This document shows positions 8,971-19,884 of a stretch of 64,000 bases of DNA, in pieces (position 1 is the first letter of the stretch; each line of letters starts with the position of its first letter). The translations under genes were made by a program, and so were the position numbers. This DNA is from a bacterium. GTDB taxonomy: Bacteria; UBA8248; JACPRG01; G963555815. The notes beneath the pieces were generated by a model. That model worked only from the letters and a program-made list of their open reading frames with translations, did no database searches and was not told the DNA's origin. The stretch spans positions 992,001 to 1,056,000 of the forward strand of contig OZ244653.1 of the NCBI GenBank assembly GCA_965218795.1, given 5' to 3'.

Positions 8971-10519
8971 GGTTTTTCCAGCGCCCCATGCTGATGGTAA
9001 CTCACCAAAATGCTCCGGTCCGCCAGCAATTCCGAGGGTCGTCCTTCTAGGCACGAGAAAACGAGCCGAAACGTATTCACCGGCGAGAATGACGGGTAGA
9101 GCCGGTCTCGACATTCGGGTGGAAATCGAACAACGTTGAGGATACCGTAGCGCTCGAGAATCTGCGCCTCGCTCCACTCCGAAATGGGTTTATGGAAATC
9201 GACCGTGAATCCGGTGCCATGGTCGCCCTGAAAAATTACGATCGCGTGGGGATCCTCGGCGAGGATGCGGTCGACAGCCGAGAGCGCCTGTTTGTTTATG
9301 CACCTCAGATTGTCCAGGTAAAGGCTCTTCTCGACGTCGCTTCCCCTCTGCTCGCCTCGCAGCACCATGTCGCGCGCCTCCACGGAGCGTGGCGAACAAT
9401 CTTCGTGATACCGGTAGGGTGGATGCGGGGCGAAAATGTGAGAGAAAAGGAAGAATGGCCGCCGCATTGTCGCCGGAAGCGCGTCCATGACGTCCGTTAT
9501 CCCGACAAGGGGTTGCGTGATTACGTTGCCAATAAGATCCCTGCTCTCCAACCCTTTGATGACAGCCAATATCGGCGTTTGAGCGAGCAGGTAAATTTCT
9601 ATTTCAGACAGGTCTCCAAGACCGCTTCGGTTTATGCAATGGTCCTCGCTGTCGCTGCAATCGAACCCGTGTGCGCCGCCGGGTGGGGCATGGGCGTACG
9701 CATAGCCCAGGGCGCGAAAGCGCCGCACGACGTTGTTATGACCGCGAATCAGATGAATGAAGAAGCGATCCTTGAGAACCGTATCGCCCGGTTGGACGAT
9801 GTAGTCCATGTTGAGGGTGGCCGGGACCGAGAGTTCCGTCATGCCGTAGTTGGCCAGGCTTTCATCGGCGACGAAGAATCCTTTCGTCTCGAGATGGCGC
9901 AGGAACAGCGTGTTGTCGAAGCCGATAACCCTCTGCAACTGATCGTGCCGTCCGTACATGTCGAGGACGAAGAAGTATACGTTGGGTCTTCGCTTCGCGC
10001 GGTGCCTTCAAGCACGGGAACTGGCTCGGACGCGGACCAGCCATGATGGAAAATGAGTTGAACCGTCGGGAGTCCGGTCATGACGGCGGCGGCGACCGTC
10101 AGAACGCGCACCGTTGCCGCGTGGCGGGACAGCCGCCAGGTCAGAAGCAAAGCCAGAACACCCAGGATAAACCAAGTGATGAGCGGATACCTTGGCGCCG
10201 ACGCCCCGAAGTCCAGCCACATGGTATCGAGTACGCCGTATAGGAACAACACGACCGTTCCCACGCCTGCGACGCCCGCGATCTGCCCGAACCGCCGCCG
10301 GTGAAACACCAAACCGACAACAAGAACGAGACACGACACCGCGACGGCATAGACAGTTGCGTCCCCTATCAATCGGATCGCATCGAAGGATTCATCCCTG
10401 TTCCGGTTGGCAAAATGGACGAACGGCCAAACGGAAAACAGCACGATCGGGACGAACCATTTGACTTCGCGGACCGCTTCTCCACGTCGCTTTGCCGCCG
10501 ATGGCGCGGGGTGTTTCAA
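8967..10519 (-). pseudogene. Membrane-anchored sulfatase-like hydrolase/transferase, frameshifted near 9990-10020
   Basis: TM N-part in one frame; PNVYFFVLDMYGR..HIFAPHPPY..QGDHG in another. Confidence 0.75.
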
Positions 10520-10664
10520 CGCTCAAACTCCAGTGCTGTCGGATCAGGTGTTGGTGACAGCCGCGATCTCTCCGGCACGAATACTATACTTCGTCATCCG
10601 CGCCCAGGCCCCATCATATCATCATATATTCCAAACGGTGAAGCCGGACTCGAGGCTCCGCCGA

Positions 10665-10800
10665 TGCGGGCGTGCACCAGCGGGCTCCACAAGATCTTGC
10701 CGTGGAGCATCCCCGGCAGCTTGAGGTCGGGGACGTATTTCGCCCGCCCGACTGCCTTCTCCGGCCCGTTGATGAGGAGTGCGGGCCTTCCACGCTGTCT
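10665..10800 (-). pseudogene. Relic of xanthine dehydrogenase-family Mo subunit N-terminus
   Basis: GPEKAVGRAKYVPDLKLPGMLHGKILWSPLVHARI resembles the N-terminus of 60153..62441. Confidence 0.7.
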
Positions 10801-11222
10801 GAGCCGTTTGCCATTTCTGCGCAAGCAGAAATCCATGCGGCAGGCTCTCGACTGAAGCATTCGAGGGCAGGCCTCCGCCGCCATGCTTATCTATTTTTTC
10901 GGGTGAACAGACACAGCTTTCTCGCGTTGGATACGCAAGGTTCTACGTCGCGAAGATCGAAGTATTGGGTCATCGACGATAAGAACGTCTCCCAACAATA
11001 CTCTTCGAATATATCCACACGGTTTCGCAGTAACCGCTGAACCATTGGGTCCGATTTCTCGACCCATTCGACCACGCCGCCGTTTCCCAATCCGGACAGC
11101 GTATCGGCAAAGTACTGTATCGGCACATTGCCGCCGATGCATATGTGGTGAATTACGGCCAGCGCAAGGAAAGCGTCGGATTTGACGCGTTCGAAAAGAC
11201 TTTTCCTTTCGGTCAACGCCCA
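10776..11222. repeat. Direct duplication, copy 2 (3' third of the methyltransferase, non-functional)
   Basis: Translation WALTERKSL...LFTRKNR is identical to the end of 7328..8725. Confidence 0.9.
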
Positions 11223-11601
11223 CACCCCCTGGCAGGCGTTCAAGGACGGCTTGCCAGCCACCGACAAACCGAGCACAATCAAACAGGAGGAGAATCCTGA
11301 AGCCGCTTAATCAAAACCCTCGCCGTACGTGCGGCAAACGGGGCGGCACTGTCAGGTGATTACCCTATCTGTACACTTCATGTGATTACTGCTACCCCTC
11401 CCATACCGATTGGGACGGAAGATCTCTTCAGTACTTTATTCCATTTGTTTTTGTCTTCGCAGCTCATGGAATCCAGTGCTCGTGGGAATGGCTTCGAAAC
11501 CAAACGTTTTCTCAAGAACCGATTGCCCCCTAAACTTGACGAAGACTCGTCAGGGTGAGGAAAATCGCTGGGTTGAAAGCACGTCAAGCGGATGAGGATT
11601 G

Positions 11602-11882
11602 ATGAAAGTATCTATTCTCATTCTCGTCCATAACGAAGCCAGGGCCATCGCCCGCGTAATTCACAAGGCGCTTTGCCTTCCCCTTGAGGAAGAGATTATC
11701 GTGATCGACGATGGGTCCACAGATGAAACTTTGGACATCCTTCTTTTATTGCAGGATCAAGTAGAGACTGTCTACCGCCTGAAGCCCAATCAAGGCAAGG
11801 AGACGGCAATTTGAAAGGGGATTGAGTTGGCAGCCGGAGACGTCATCATCATTCAGGATGCTGACCTGGAGTTGGATCCATC
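11602..11882 (+). pseudogene. Glycosyltransferase family 2 fragment
   Basis: HNEARAI..IVIDDGSTD..NQGKETAI*KGIELAAGDVIIIQDADLELDP; premature stop, then truncated at a repeat. Confidence 0.8.
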
Positions 11883-11904
11883 GTTTCCCCACCAAAGCCG
11901 AAAA

Positions 11905-12300
11905 GCTGGGGGGGCATTTTGGGTACTTGCGTGCCGGCCATTTCGCGGATGAAGATCCGCGCTTTGATCAGATCCTTCGCAACGCTCGCCTATCCGATGG
12001 CGTGATAACTAGGCATGCGAGTGCTGAGAACTGATACAGTGTGTCCCCCCCCCCAACCCCCCTTGAAAACTTCCGGCGTGCCGAGCTTTCGGCCCGGCCT
12101 GCTCGCGGCGAGGGGAGTCTGGCTGGCTGTGTGCTCTTGCAGCGTGGAACGGGGACTTTTTTGGCCGGATGCCCGCCTTCCTGCGAACGCCTCCGGCATC
12201 CGGCCAAGGTTCCAGTTGTTGCGATGGCGTGCGAAGCACGGCATTGCGAATGAAAAGTTTTGCGGGGGGGCGGGGGGCGCCTTTCAAAAAGCGCCCCAGG
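11905..12300 (+). repeat. Dispersed ~400 bp mosaic intergenic repeat, copy 1
   Basis: Shares blocks (gctgagaactga.acagtgtgtc, tgtgtgctcttgcagcg, gttgttgcgatggcgtgcgaagcacg, gaatgaaaagttttgc..ttcaaaaagcgcccc) with the other copies. Confidence 0.85.
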
Positions 12301-12359
12301 TTGAGTAGGTACGTTGCCTCCCAAAAAGCCCCTTCAAGAGTTTTTGTCGCTCGGAGGTT

Positions 12360-13328
12360 TTGAAAGAAATGTACGAAGGGGATCTTTGGCCCGCGTTGCG
12401 GGGGTACTGGCATCCGGTGGCCTTGTCGGAGGAGTTGTCGGACAGGCCCTTGGCCGTCCGGCTGTTGGGGGATCGGCTGGCGGTTTGTCGGCTCAACGGT
12501 GAGGCAGCGGCCTTCCATGATCTCTGTATTCATCGGGGGACCCCCATCTCTTTGGGTTGGGTGGAGGGCGGCCAGCTCGTCTGCGCGTACCACGGATGGT
12601 CGTACGACGGGGCGGGCAGGTGCACGCGGATTCCCTCGGTGCCGGCCGGGCACCCCATTCCGAAGAAGGCCTGTCTGACGGCGTATCCCGCGCAGGAGCG
12701 TCACGGCATGGTTTGGGTCTGCCTGTCGGAAACGCCGAGAGCGGAGGTTCCCGAGTTTCCCATGTTGGAGGACGACAGTTTCACCCAGGTGATTCGGGAC
12801 AAGCGCATCTGGAACTGCACGGCCGCCCGGGCCGTCGAGAACTTCCTCGACATCGCGCATCTGCCCTGGATCCATCACGGCATTCTGGCGGACCGCACAA
12901 AGCCCCGTACTCCGCCCATTCATTTGAAGCGGGAGGGCGACCGGCTCTTTTATGCCGTGGAGAACGTGCCGGACCAGACGCACGCCGTCTCGTACGAGCG
13001 GGTGTATGAGTTCCAGCGGCCGTTTTCCGTGCACCATGCCAAGCGCGAGCCGGACGGCAAGTCCGAGATCATCGTCTTCGTCGTCTCGCCGACCTCGGAG
13101 CGGGCGTGTACCCGGTTCACTTTTATCGGACGGAACTTCGAGGCGCCCGCGGGCGGGTCGAACATCGAGAATTTCGAAGAGGAGATCATCGAGCAGGACC
13201 GGGTGATTGTGGAGAACCAGCGGCCGGAGGAATTGCCGCTGGACCTGACCGAGGAGCTTCACGTCAAAGGGCCGGACGGCCCGGCGCTCGAGTACCGACG
13301 CATGATGCGGGATCTGGGCGTGGAGTGA
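12360..13328 (+). CDS. Rieske non-heme iron oxygenase alpha subunit (VanA/Ndm-like demethylase type)
   Basis: CIHRG..CAYHGW Rieske motif; ENFLDIAHLPWIH and EQD mononuclear Fe ligands. Confidence 0.92.
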   Translation: MKEMYEGDLWPALRGYWHPVALSEELSDRPLAVRLLGDRLAVCRLNGEAAAFHDLCIHRGTPISLGWVEGGQLVCAYHGWSYDGAGRCTRIPSVPAGHPIPKKACLTAYPAQERHGMVWVCLSETPRAEVPEFPMLEDDSFTQVIRDKRIWNCTAARAVENFLDIAHLPWIHHGILADRTKPRTPPIHLKREGDRLFYAVENVPDQTHAVSYERVYEFQRPFSVHHAKREPDGKSEIIVFVVSPTSERACTRFTFIGRNFEAPAGGSNIENFEEEIIEQDRVIVENQRPEELPLDLTEELHVKGPDGPALEYRRMMRDLGVE

Positions 13329-13539
13329 GGGGGGTCGAGGAGGCCAGGAGAGGGATCGACTGAAGACCGGCCTATAGGGAAAAATGGGCGGAGCAAGCTC
13401 CGCCCGCGGGGATACAGAGACGCTTCCCTACGAAATGCAAGAACGTCCGCGGATTGCTGGAAGGACAAGGACAAAGAAGGGCGGATTGAGAGCCCCATGC
13501 CGCGCGAAGAGACATCGTTCCAAGCACGACGAATGAACA

Positions 13540-13756
13540 GGGGCGCATCGATTTGGCGCATTATGATTCCGACAAGTCACCGACAGGACGGGCCTTCGGA
13601 TACGCTCGGATTTGGCGCGCTTTGCGCCCAGGCGGAGTGCTCGTCTCCGATGATGTGCACAACAATCTGGCATTTGCCCGTTTTGCCGAGAAGGTCGGCC
13701 GGACGCCGGTCGTCGTTACATGGAACGGCAAGTATCATGGTATTTTGATAAGATGA
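13540..13756 (+). pseudogene. C-terminal fragment of a class I SAM methyltransferase
   Basis: IDLAHYDSDKS..WRALRPGGVLVSDDV; N-terminal part missing. Confidence 0.65.
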
Positions 13757-14883
13757 GTGTCTCCCGAACATCTCACTCCATGACGATGTCTCGACGCGTG
13801 CTGTTCCCATTCGTCGGCGACACCGTCGGCGGCAGCCATGTCTCGACGCTGGCTCTGGTCGAAGGGATCGACCGGGCTCGATTCGAACCGGTGGTCGCCG
13901 TGCACGAGAAGGGGCTCTTGCAACCCTACATGGCAAGCCAGGGATACTCCTTCATACAGGCGCCAGCCTTGCCCTCCGAGTCGGTCGGACGAGGCTTGGT
14001 CCGAGAGATGGTCGCCGTACTTTCTGGCCTCCCCCGCCTAGTCCGATTCATACGCTGGTTGCGAATCGACATCGTGCATACGAACGACCATCGGATGCAT
14101 GTCTTCTGGATGCTCGCGGCGAAGCTTGCAGGTGCCAAGCTCGTTTGGCACGTGAGAAGTCCGGGCATATCACGCCGGTTCCGGCTCTATTCCCGGCTGG
14201 CCGACGCGATACTCACGGTCTCGAACCACAGCCGAGACCTGCTCGCACCTAATGTGGCAATCAGGCCGCAAGTAGTGCGGAATCCGTTTCGCGCGCCGCC
14301 CTCGGTAGAGGATAGTGAGAAGTGTAGACAGAAGCTCCCGGCGTTGAGGACGGTCGTCGGATTCGTGGCGAACTTCACACATCAGAAACGGCCGCTTGTG
14401 TTCGTCGAGACGGCAGCCCTGCTGCGCGACCGCTTCGGGGATGGACTCTTGTTCCCGATGTTCGGCGATACGCGTGACATGAAACACAAAGTCGAGGCAA
14501 AAATCGCAGAGCATGACCTGACCTCCCAATGCCTGCTCATGGGGCCGTGTTTTCCTATCGAGCCGTGGCTCATGTGCTGCGACGTGCTGGTAGCTCCGGC
14601 CGTGAACGAAGCCTACGGACGAACGTTGGTCGAGGCGATGCTCTGCGGCACGCCGGTTGTGGCGACCGACGAAGGCGGCCACAGGGAGATCGTTCGCAAC
14701 GGCGAGACCGGACTTCTCGTATCGCCGGACGACCCAGCATCGTTCGCAGATGCTGTCGCCTTGCTTCTTGAACAACCGATCACTGCGCAAGCCATGGCCA
14801 TCAGGGCCAAGACGTCAGCGGCATACCCTATAGACGCCCATGCGCTAGATATCGAACAGATCTATGACGCGCTCTTGCAATGA
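13753..14883 (+). CDS. Glycosyltransferase family 4
   Basis: GGSH, DIVHTN, HQKRP, EAYGRTLVEAMLCGTPVVATDEGG..NGETG. Confidence 0.92.
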   Translation: MSVSRTSHSMTMSRRVLFPFVGDTVGGSHVSTLALVEGIDRARFEPVVAVHEKGLLQPYMASQGYSFIQAPALPSESVGRGLVREMVAVLSGLPRLVRFIRWLRIDIVHTNDHRMHVFWMLAAKLAGAKLVWHVRSPGISRRFRLYSRLADAILTVSNHSRDLLAPNVAIRPQVVRNPFRAPPSVEDSEKCRQKLPALRTVVGFVANFTHQKRPLVFVETAALLRDRFGDGLLFPMFGDTRDMKHKVEAKIAEHDLTSQCLLMGPCFPIEPWLMCCDVLVAPAVNEAYGRTLVEAMLCGTPVVATDEGGHREIVRNGETGLLVSPDDPASFADAVALLLEQPITAQAMAIRAKTSAAYPIDAHALDIEQIYDALLQ

Positions 14884-15136
14884 ACGGAAGAAACGACAAC
14901 ATTCAAAACGGAGCTTGGATGACACGGGCGGGTTTCAGTCGGTGGCTGTCCGTACCGGTCCTCAGTATCTGATATCAGAAACGGAAATACGGCGATTTTC
15001 CCAAACAGCGATTGAGAAAAAGCGGTTCTGCTCCAAGAGGGCGGCCTGGCAAGCCGCCTTCTTGGAGCGAAACGAAAGTTTTTGAGGGGAGTCTGAGGGG
15101 ACAATTTTCAAAATGTCCCCTCAGAAGTATTCGAAC

Positions 15137-16120
15137 TCACACGGTCACGCCTTCCATCACCTTCTTGACCGCGGCGACGATCTTCTCCTCGTTGGGAAGG
15201 ATGTAATCTTCGAGCGGCGGGCTGAAGGGAATGGGCGCGTCGTGAGCCGCCACCCGGCCGATGGGCGCGTCCAGGTAATCGAACGCCTCCTCGTTGATCA
15301 CCGCGGTGATCTCCGCCCCGACGCCGCCCGTCTTGCAGCCTTCCTCGACGATCACCACCCGGTTGGTTTTCTGAACCGCCTCGGCGATGCCCGCCTTGTC
15401 CAGAGGGACCAGCGTGCGGGGGTCCAGCACCATGGCGTTGATGCCTTCCTGCGCCAGGGTCTCGGCGGCGGCCAGGGCCTTGCTGACCATGAAGGACAGG
15501 GCGATGATGCACACGTCCGTCCCGTCCCGCTTGACGTCGGCCTGACCGAGAGGAATGGCGTACTCTTCCTCCGGCACGGGCCCTTTCACCTTGTAAAGCA
15601 TCTTGTGCTCGAAGAAGGCCACGGGGTTCGGGTCGCGGATGGCGCTCTTGAGCAGCCCCTTGCCGTCCCCGGGATCGGAGGGCATCACCACCTTCAGCCC
15701 CGGAGCGTGGATCAGCAGGGCCTCGAGGCTCTGGCTGTGCGTCGCGCCGAAATTCAGCCCGCCGCCTCCCGGCAGCCGGATGACCATCGGAACGGAAAGC
15801 TGCCCGCCGAACATGTAGCGGGTCTTGGCGGCCTGGTTGAAGATCTGGTCCATGCAGACGAACATGAAGTCGCTGAACTGGAGCTCGGGCACCGGCTTCA
15901 TCCCCATCAGGGCCGCCCCGACGGAAGCCCCGATGATGGCCGCTTCGCTGATCGGCGTGTCCCGGACGCGGTCCGGTCCGAACTCATCCTGCAGCCCTCG
16001 CGTCACCGACCACACGTAAGCCAGCGCGACGTCCTCGCCGAGACAGAAGACCTTATCGTCGCGCTGCATCTCCTCCCGCAAGGCCTCGTTCAGCGCCTCC
16101 CACATCATCATCTCGCGCAT
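15137..16120 (-). CDS. 2-oxoacid/acetoin dehydrogenase E1 beta subunit
   Basis: GEDV, RVRDTPISEAAI, ELQFSDF, HSQSLEA, FFEHK. Confidence 0.95.
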   Translation of the reverse strand: MREMMMWEALNEALREEMQRDDKVFCLGEDVALAYVWSVTRGLQDEFGPDRVRDTPISEAAIIGASVGAALMGMKPVPELQFSDFMFVCMDQIFNQAAKTRYMFGGQLSVPMVIRLPGGGGLNFGATHSQSLEALLIHAPGLKVVMPSDPGDGKGLLKSAIRDPNPVAFFEHKMLYKVKGPVPEEEYAIPLGQADVKRDGTDVCIIALSFMVSKALAAAETLAQEGINAMVLDPRTLVPLDKAGIAEAVQKTNRVVIVEEGCKTGGVGAEITAVINEEAFDYLDAPIGRVAAHDAPIPFSPPLEDYILPNEEKIVAAVKKVMEGVTV

Positions 16121-16130
16121 GACGGCTCCT

Positions 16131-17129
16131 TTAGGCGTAAATGTCTTCCAGCGCTTCTTCGGGCGCCGGGAAATCGCTGGCCAGGGCGAAGGCGACGGCC
16201 TCCTGAATGACGGCGCCAGCGTTCGCGTTCGCTTCTTCGACCTGTTTCTTCGTCATTTTCAGATGTTTCTCCAACCGGAGCACCGCGTCTTTCTTCATCC
16301 AGGATTCGAGCTCGTCCTTGCTCCGGTACACGCCCGCGGGGGGATCGCCTCGTGAATGGCCGCGGAACCGGTAGGTCTTCATCTCCAGCAGGGAAGGCCC
16401 TTTCCCCGCGCGGGCCCGGGCCACCGCCTCGCGGACCGCCTCGTTGACGGCCAGGACGTCCATTCCGTCCACGACGACGCCCGGTATGTCGTAGCCCCTC
16501 GCCCGATCGGCGATATCGGCCACGGCCGTGCTGCGCTCCGCCGATAAGCTGACGGCGTACCCGTTGTTCTCGCATGCGTAGATCACCGGAAGCTTCCAGA
16601 TGGCGGACATATTGACGCCCTCGTGGAAGGTGCCCTGGTTGGAGGCGCCGTCCCCAAAGAAGGCCACGCAGACGTTGGGCTTTTTCTGGATGCTGAAGGC
16701 GAGGCCGACGCCCGTTGCGATGACGAGATTGGCCCCCACGATGGGATTGGCGCCGTACAGACCTTTGGGCAGATCGGCGATATGCATGGAGCCGCCCTTG
16801 CCTTTGCAGAGCCCCGTCTTGCGGCCGAGCAGTTCGGCCATCATGGCCTTGGGATCGCTCCCTTTGGCGATGGCCGTACCGTGCCCGCGGTGCGTAGCGA
16901 GGACAACGTCGTCATCGGTCAGGTTGGCGCACACGCCCATGCTCGTGGCCTCCTGCCCGATACTGGTATGAACCGTCCCCCGGACGTGGCCCTCCTGGAA
17001 AAGCTTGTCGGCCATTTCATCAAACTTGCGGATGATGAGCATCGTCTCGTGCCAACGGAGTAACGTGGCCTTATCGACAGCGGACCTCCGCGCTCCATTG
17101 GTCTTCTTCGCTGCGGCTCGTTTTGCCAT
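16131..17129 (-). CDS. 2-oxoacid/acetoin dehydrogenase E1 alpha subunit (TPP-dependent)
   Basis: THRGHG, GKGGSMH, GDGA..ENN, YRFRGHS. Confidence 0.95.
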   Translation of the reverse strand: MAKRAAAKKTNGARRSAVDKATLLRWHETMLIIRKFDEMADKLFQEGHVRGTVHTSIGQEATSMGVCANLTDDDVVLATHRGHGTAIAKGSDPKAMMAELLGRKTGLCKGKGGSMHIADLPKGLYGANPIVGANLVIATGVGLAFSIQKKPNVCVAFFGDGASNQGTFHEGVNMSAIWKLPVIYACENNGYAVSLSAERSTAVADIADRARGYDIPGVVVDGMDVLAVNEAVREAVARARAGKGPSLLEMKTYRFRGHSRGDPPAGVYRSKDELESWMKKDAVLRLEKHLKMTKKQVEEANANAGAVIQEAVAFALASDFPAPEEALEDIYA

Positions 17130-17182
17130 TTGAACAACGCCCTTTCCTGAACGAGAGAACATCCCGGCGCGGCCGGGAGAGA

Positions 17183-17650
17183 CTGATTCGCGTAAGGGTT
17201 CGGCTGCTGCTCCGTCAGGTCCATCCAGACGGTCTTGGTCTGGGTGTACATGTCCCTGACCTCCCGCCCGTTCTCGCGGCCGTATCCACTCATCTTATAT
17301 CCGCCAAAGGGGGCGGCCCTGTGAATCTTCCGGTAGCAGTTGATCCGGACGGTCCCCGCCTTGATGCGGCGCGCTTCAGGTCCCGGGTCCAGACGCCGCC
17401 GGCGAGTCCATACTTGACGGAATGGGCCGGCTCCACCAGATCGTCCGCGGCGGAGAACTTGAACGCGGAGATGACCGGCCCGAAGATCTCCTCCTGCTCG
17501 ATGCGCATGCCGTGCTCCACGCTGGAGAACAACGTCGGCGCAAAGAGAAATCCCTTGGAGAGGCCGGGACCTTCCTGCGAGCCGCCCCCCGTCAGGATCT
17601 CCGCACCCTTTCGCCGCCGATGAACAGCTTGTCAAACGTTTGAACTTCGG
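17183..17650 (-). pseudogene. Aldehyde dehydrogenase C-terminal remnant
   Basis: EEIFGPV..YGLAGGVWTRD, then frameshift to APFGGYKMSGYGRENG..YTQTKTVW. Confidence 0.85.
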
Positions 17651-17978
17651 CTGCGACCCCTGTCGCGCCGGTCATGCGGGATCTCCTCATGAACTCGCTG
17701 GATCGATTTGGGCGCTCCCATTCTAGCAAAAAATGCGGTCCCGCGAGTCTGGTTCCGTTTCCATCCGAGCCTCATCGTTTCGATCCTCCGGTTGCCGCCC
17801 CTTTCAGGAATCTGTTAGTTTGGAACTGTTCCTCATCTGGAAATTCGAAAAATTTCAAGGCGGCCTGTGGTCCTGAACAGGGTCCACTCCGTTACCGGCG
17901 GAGCGGCGAAGCCCCCGCTTTTGGGCGGACCCGTAAAAGTTTGAGTTCCGTTCACAATGAAAGAAAGGAGAGCGTCCG

Positions 17979-18764
17979 ATGGATTTGGGATTGAAGGGAA
18001 AAAACGCAGCCGTCTCGGGTGCCAGTCAGGGGATCGGCTACTCCATCGCCCTGGCGCTGGCCGATGAGGGATGCAACGTCGCCATTTCCGCCAGAGGGGA
18101 AGAACGGCTGAATCAAGCGGTTCAGGATATCGAAGCCAAGGGCGCCAAAGGCGTCGGCATCCAGTGCGATATGGCCACCGCCGAAGGGGCCGGGAAGTTT
18201 ATCGAGGATGCGGTCGCCCAGCTTGGCGGGCTGGACATTCTGGTCAACAACGTGGGGGGCATGATCCCGGGAACCATCGACACTCTGTCGGATGACCAGT
18301 GGACCGATATCATCAACCGCAACCTGATGGCCTATGTGTGGACGACGCGGGCGGCCATCCCGCACCTGAAGAACGCTTCGGCCGGCCGGATCCTGAACGT
18401 ATCCGGCATGACGGGGAAACAACTCCTTCCCGGCGCCCTGACCACGACCTTGCCGAATACCTCCATCATCGGCTTCACGAAGGTCATGGCCGGCGACCTG
18501 GGCAAGGAGGGAATCACCGTCAACAACATCTGCCCGGGCATCGTGAACACCGAGTCCTGGGGACCGCGGGCCGAGATGATGGCCAAGGTCCGGAACATGA
18601 CCGTCGACCAGGTCCGCCAGATGTTTTCCGACTTCACGCTCCTGGGCCGCTGGGCCGAGCCGGAGGAGATTGGAACGGTGGCGGCCTTCCTGGTCTCCGA
18701 AAAGAACAGCTACATGACGGGTACGACCGTCGAGGTCTGCGGAGGCTGGTCGCGTTACATCTGA
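17979..18764 (+). CDS. SDR family oxidoreductase
   Basis: SGASQGIG, LDILVNNVG, VNNICPG; canonical YxxxK absent. Confidence 0.92.
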   Translation: MDLGLKGKNAAVSGASQGIGYSIALALADEGCNVAISARGEERLNQAVQDIEAKGAKGVGIQCDMATAEGAGKFIEDAVAQLGGLDILVNNVGGMIPGTIDTLSDDQWTDIINRNLMAYVWTTRAAIPHLKNASAGRILNVSGMTGKQLLPGALTTTLPNTSIIGFTKVMAGDLGKEGITVNNICPGIVNTESWGPRAEMMAKVRNMTVDQVRQMFSDFTLLGRWAEPEEIGTVAAFLVSEKNSYMTGTTVEVCGGWSRYI

Positions 18765-18846
18765 GAGAACGCCGATCCCGGCTGATCCCGGAGCCTCCCC
18801 GAAGAAACCCCGACGGAGGAGCCGGGCGTCCCCAACCCATGCGAGG

Positions 18847-19830
18847 ATGATGATGAAGATCGATATCCAGTGTCATTACTACCCCGATGAGCTCATCAAG
18901 AAGCTCCTGGAGCGGGACACGCCGCCCCGGGCCTTCAAGAAGAACGGCCAGACGATCCTCATGGCCACCGAGCACACCAAACTCCCGGCCCTCCCCCACT
19001 TCAGCGACCTGGACGACAAGCTCCAGGCCATGGACGAGGCCGGGGTGGATGTCCAGGTTCTGAGCCTCAACGTCCCCGGGCCGGAACTGGCCGGCGGCCA
19101 GGAGGCCGACGACCTGGCCGAACTGGCCCATGACTGCCTGGCGGAGATCACCCGGAAGCGCCCCGACAGGTTTTGGGGGATGGCCACCCTGGGCCTGGGC
19201 GACATGGACCGTTCCCTCAAAGAGCTGGACCGCTGCCTGAACGATCTGGGCTTCAAGGCCGTCCAGGTCTACTCCAACCTGCGGGGCGCCCCTCTGGACG
19301 ACCCCTTCTTCCATCCCCTGTACGAGCGGTGCGCCGAGCTCGATCTGCCCATCTTCCTGCACCCCACGGCTCCGGCCCTGTCCGAGGCCCCCATGGCGGA
19401 TTACGGACTGATTCCCATCGTGGGCTTCTTGTTCGACACCACCCTGGCCGCCCTGCGCCTGATCATGAGCGGGACCTTGAACAAGTATCCCAACGTCCGG
19501 TTCGTCCTTCCCCACGTGGGCAGCACCATTCCGTACCTGATCGGCCGAATCGACTACCTGACCGGCCTCATGCCCGGCGGACGGGAGCACATCGAGGACC
19601 GTCCGCCCAGCGAGTTCTTCAAGCAGCTCTATTTTGACGTCGTATCCTCGTACCAGCCGGCCATCGATTACTTCTACCGGGAGTACGGGGCGGACCACCT
19701 CCTGTTCGGGAGCGACTATCCCTGGGTGCGGATCGATTCCTGCGTGGACCTCGTGGAAAACCTTTCCGCTTCCGGCGAGGAGAAGGAGAATATCTACTCG
19801 AAAACCGCCCTGAATATTTTGAAGGGGTAA
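18847..19830 (+). CDS. Amidohydrolase_2 family protein (ACMSD-like decarboxylase/hydratase)
   Basis: IDIQCH, IFLHP, PHVGSTIP, LLFGSDYP. Confidence 0.9.
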   Translation: MMMKIDIQCHYYPDELIKKLLERDTPPRAFKKNGQTILMATEHTKLPALPHFSDLDDKLQAMDEAGVDVQVLSLNVPGPELAGGQEADDLAELAHDCLAEITRKRPDRFWGMATLGLGDMDRSLKELDRCLNDLGFKAVQVYSNLRGAPLDDPFFHPLYERCAELDLPIFLHPTAPALSEAPMADYGLIPIVGFLFDTTLAALRLIMSGTLNKYPNVRFVLPHVGSTIPYLIGRIDYLTGLMPGGREHIEDRPPSEFFKQLYFDVVSSYQPAIDYFYREYGADHLLFGSDYPWVRIDSCVDLVENLSASGEEKENIYSKTALNILKG

Positions 19831-19884
19831 GGGCGAACGGAATGCAGGAGAACATTTCCGAAAATGCTGGAGGAGGGCATCTTC

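Noticed and set aside
10887-11282. Second methyltransferase gene
   Set aside because: Only the duplicated 3' third, lacking the SAM-binding motif I.
11812-11814. In-frame TGA in the GT2 fragment as selenocysteine
   Set aside because: The position corresponds to Arg in GKGxAxRxG (CGA to TGA), there is no redox motif, and the gene is truncated.
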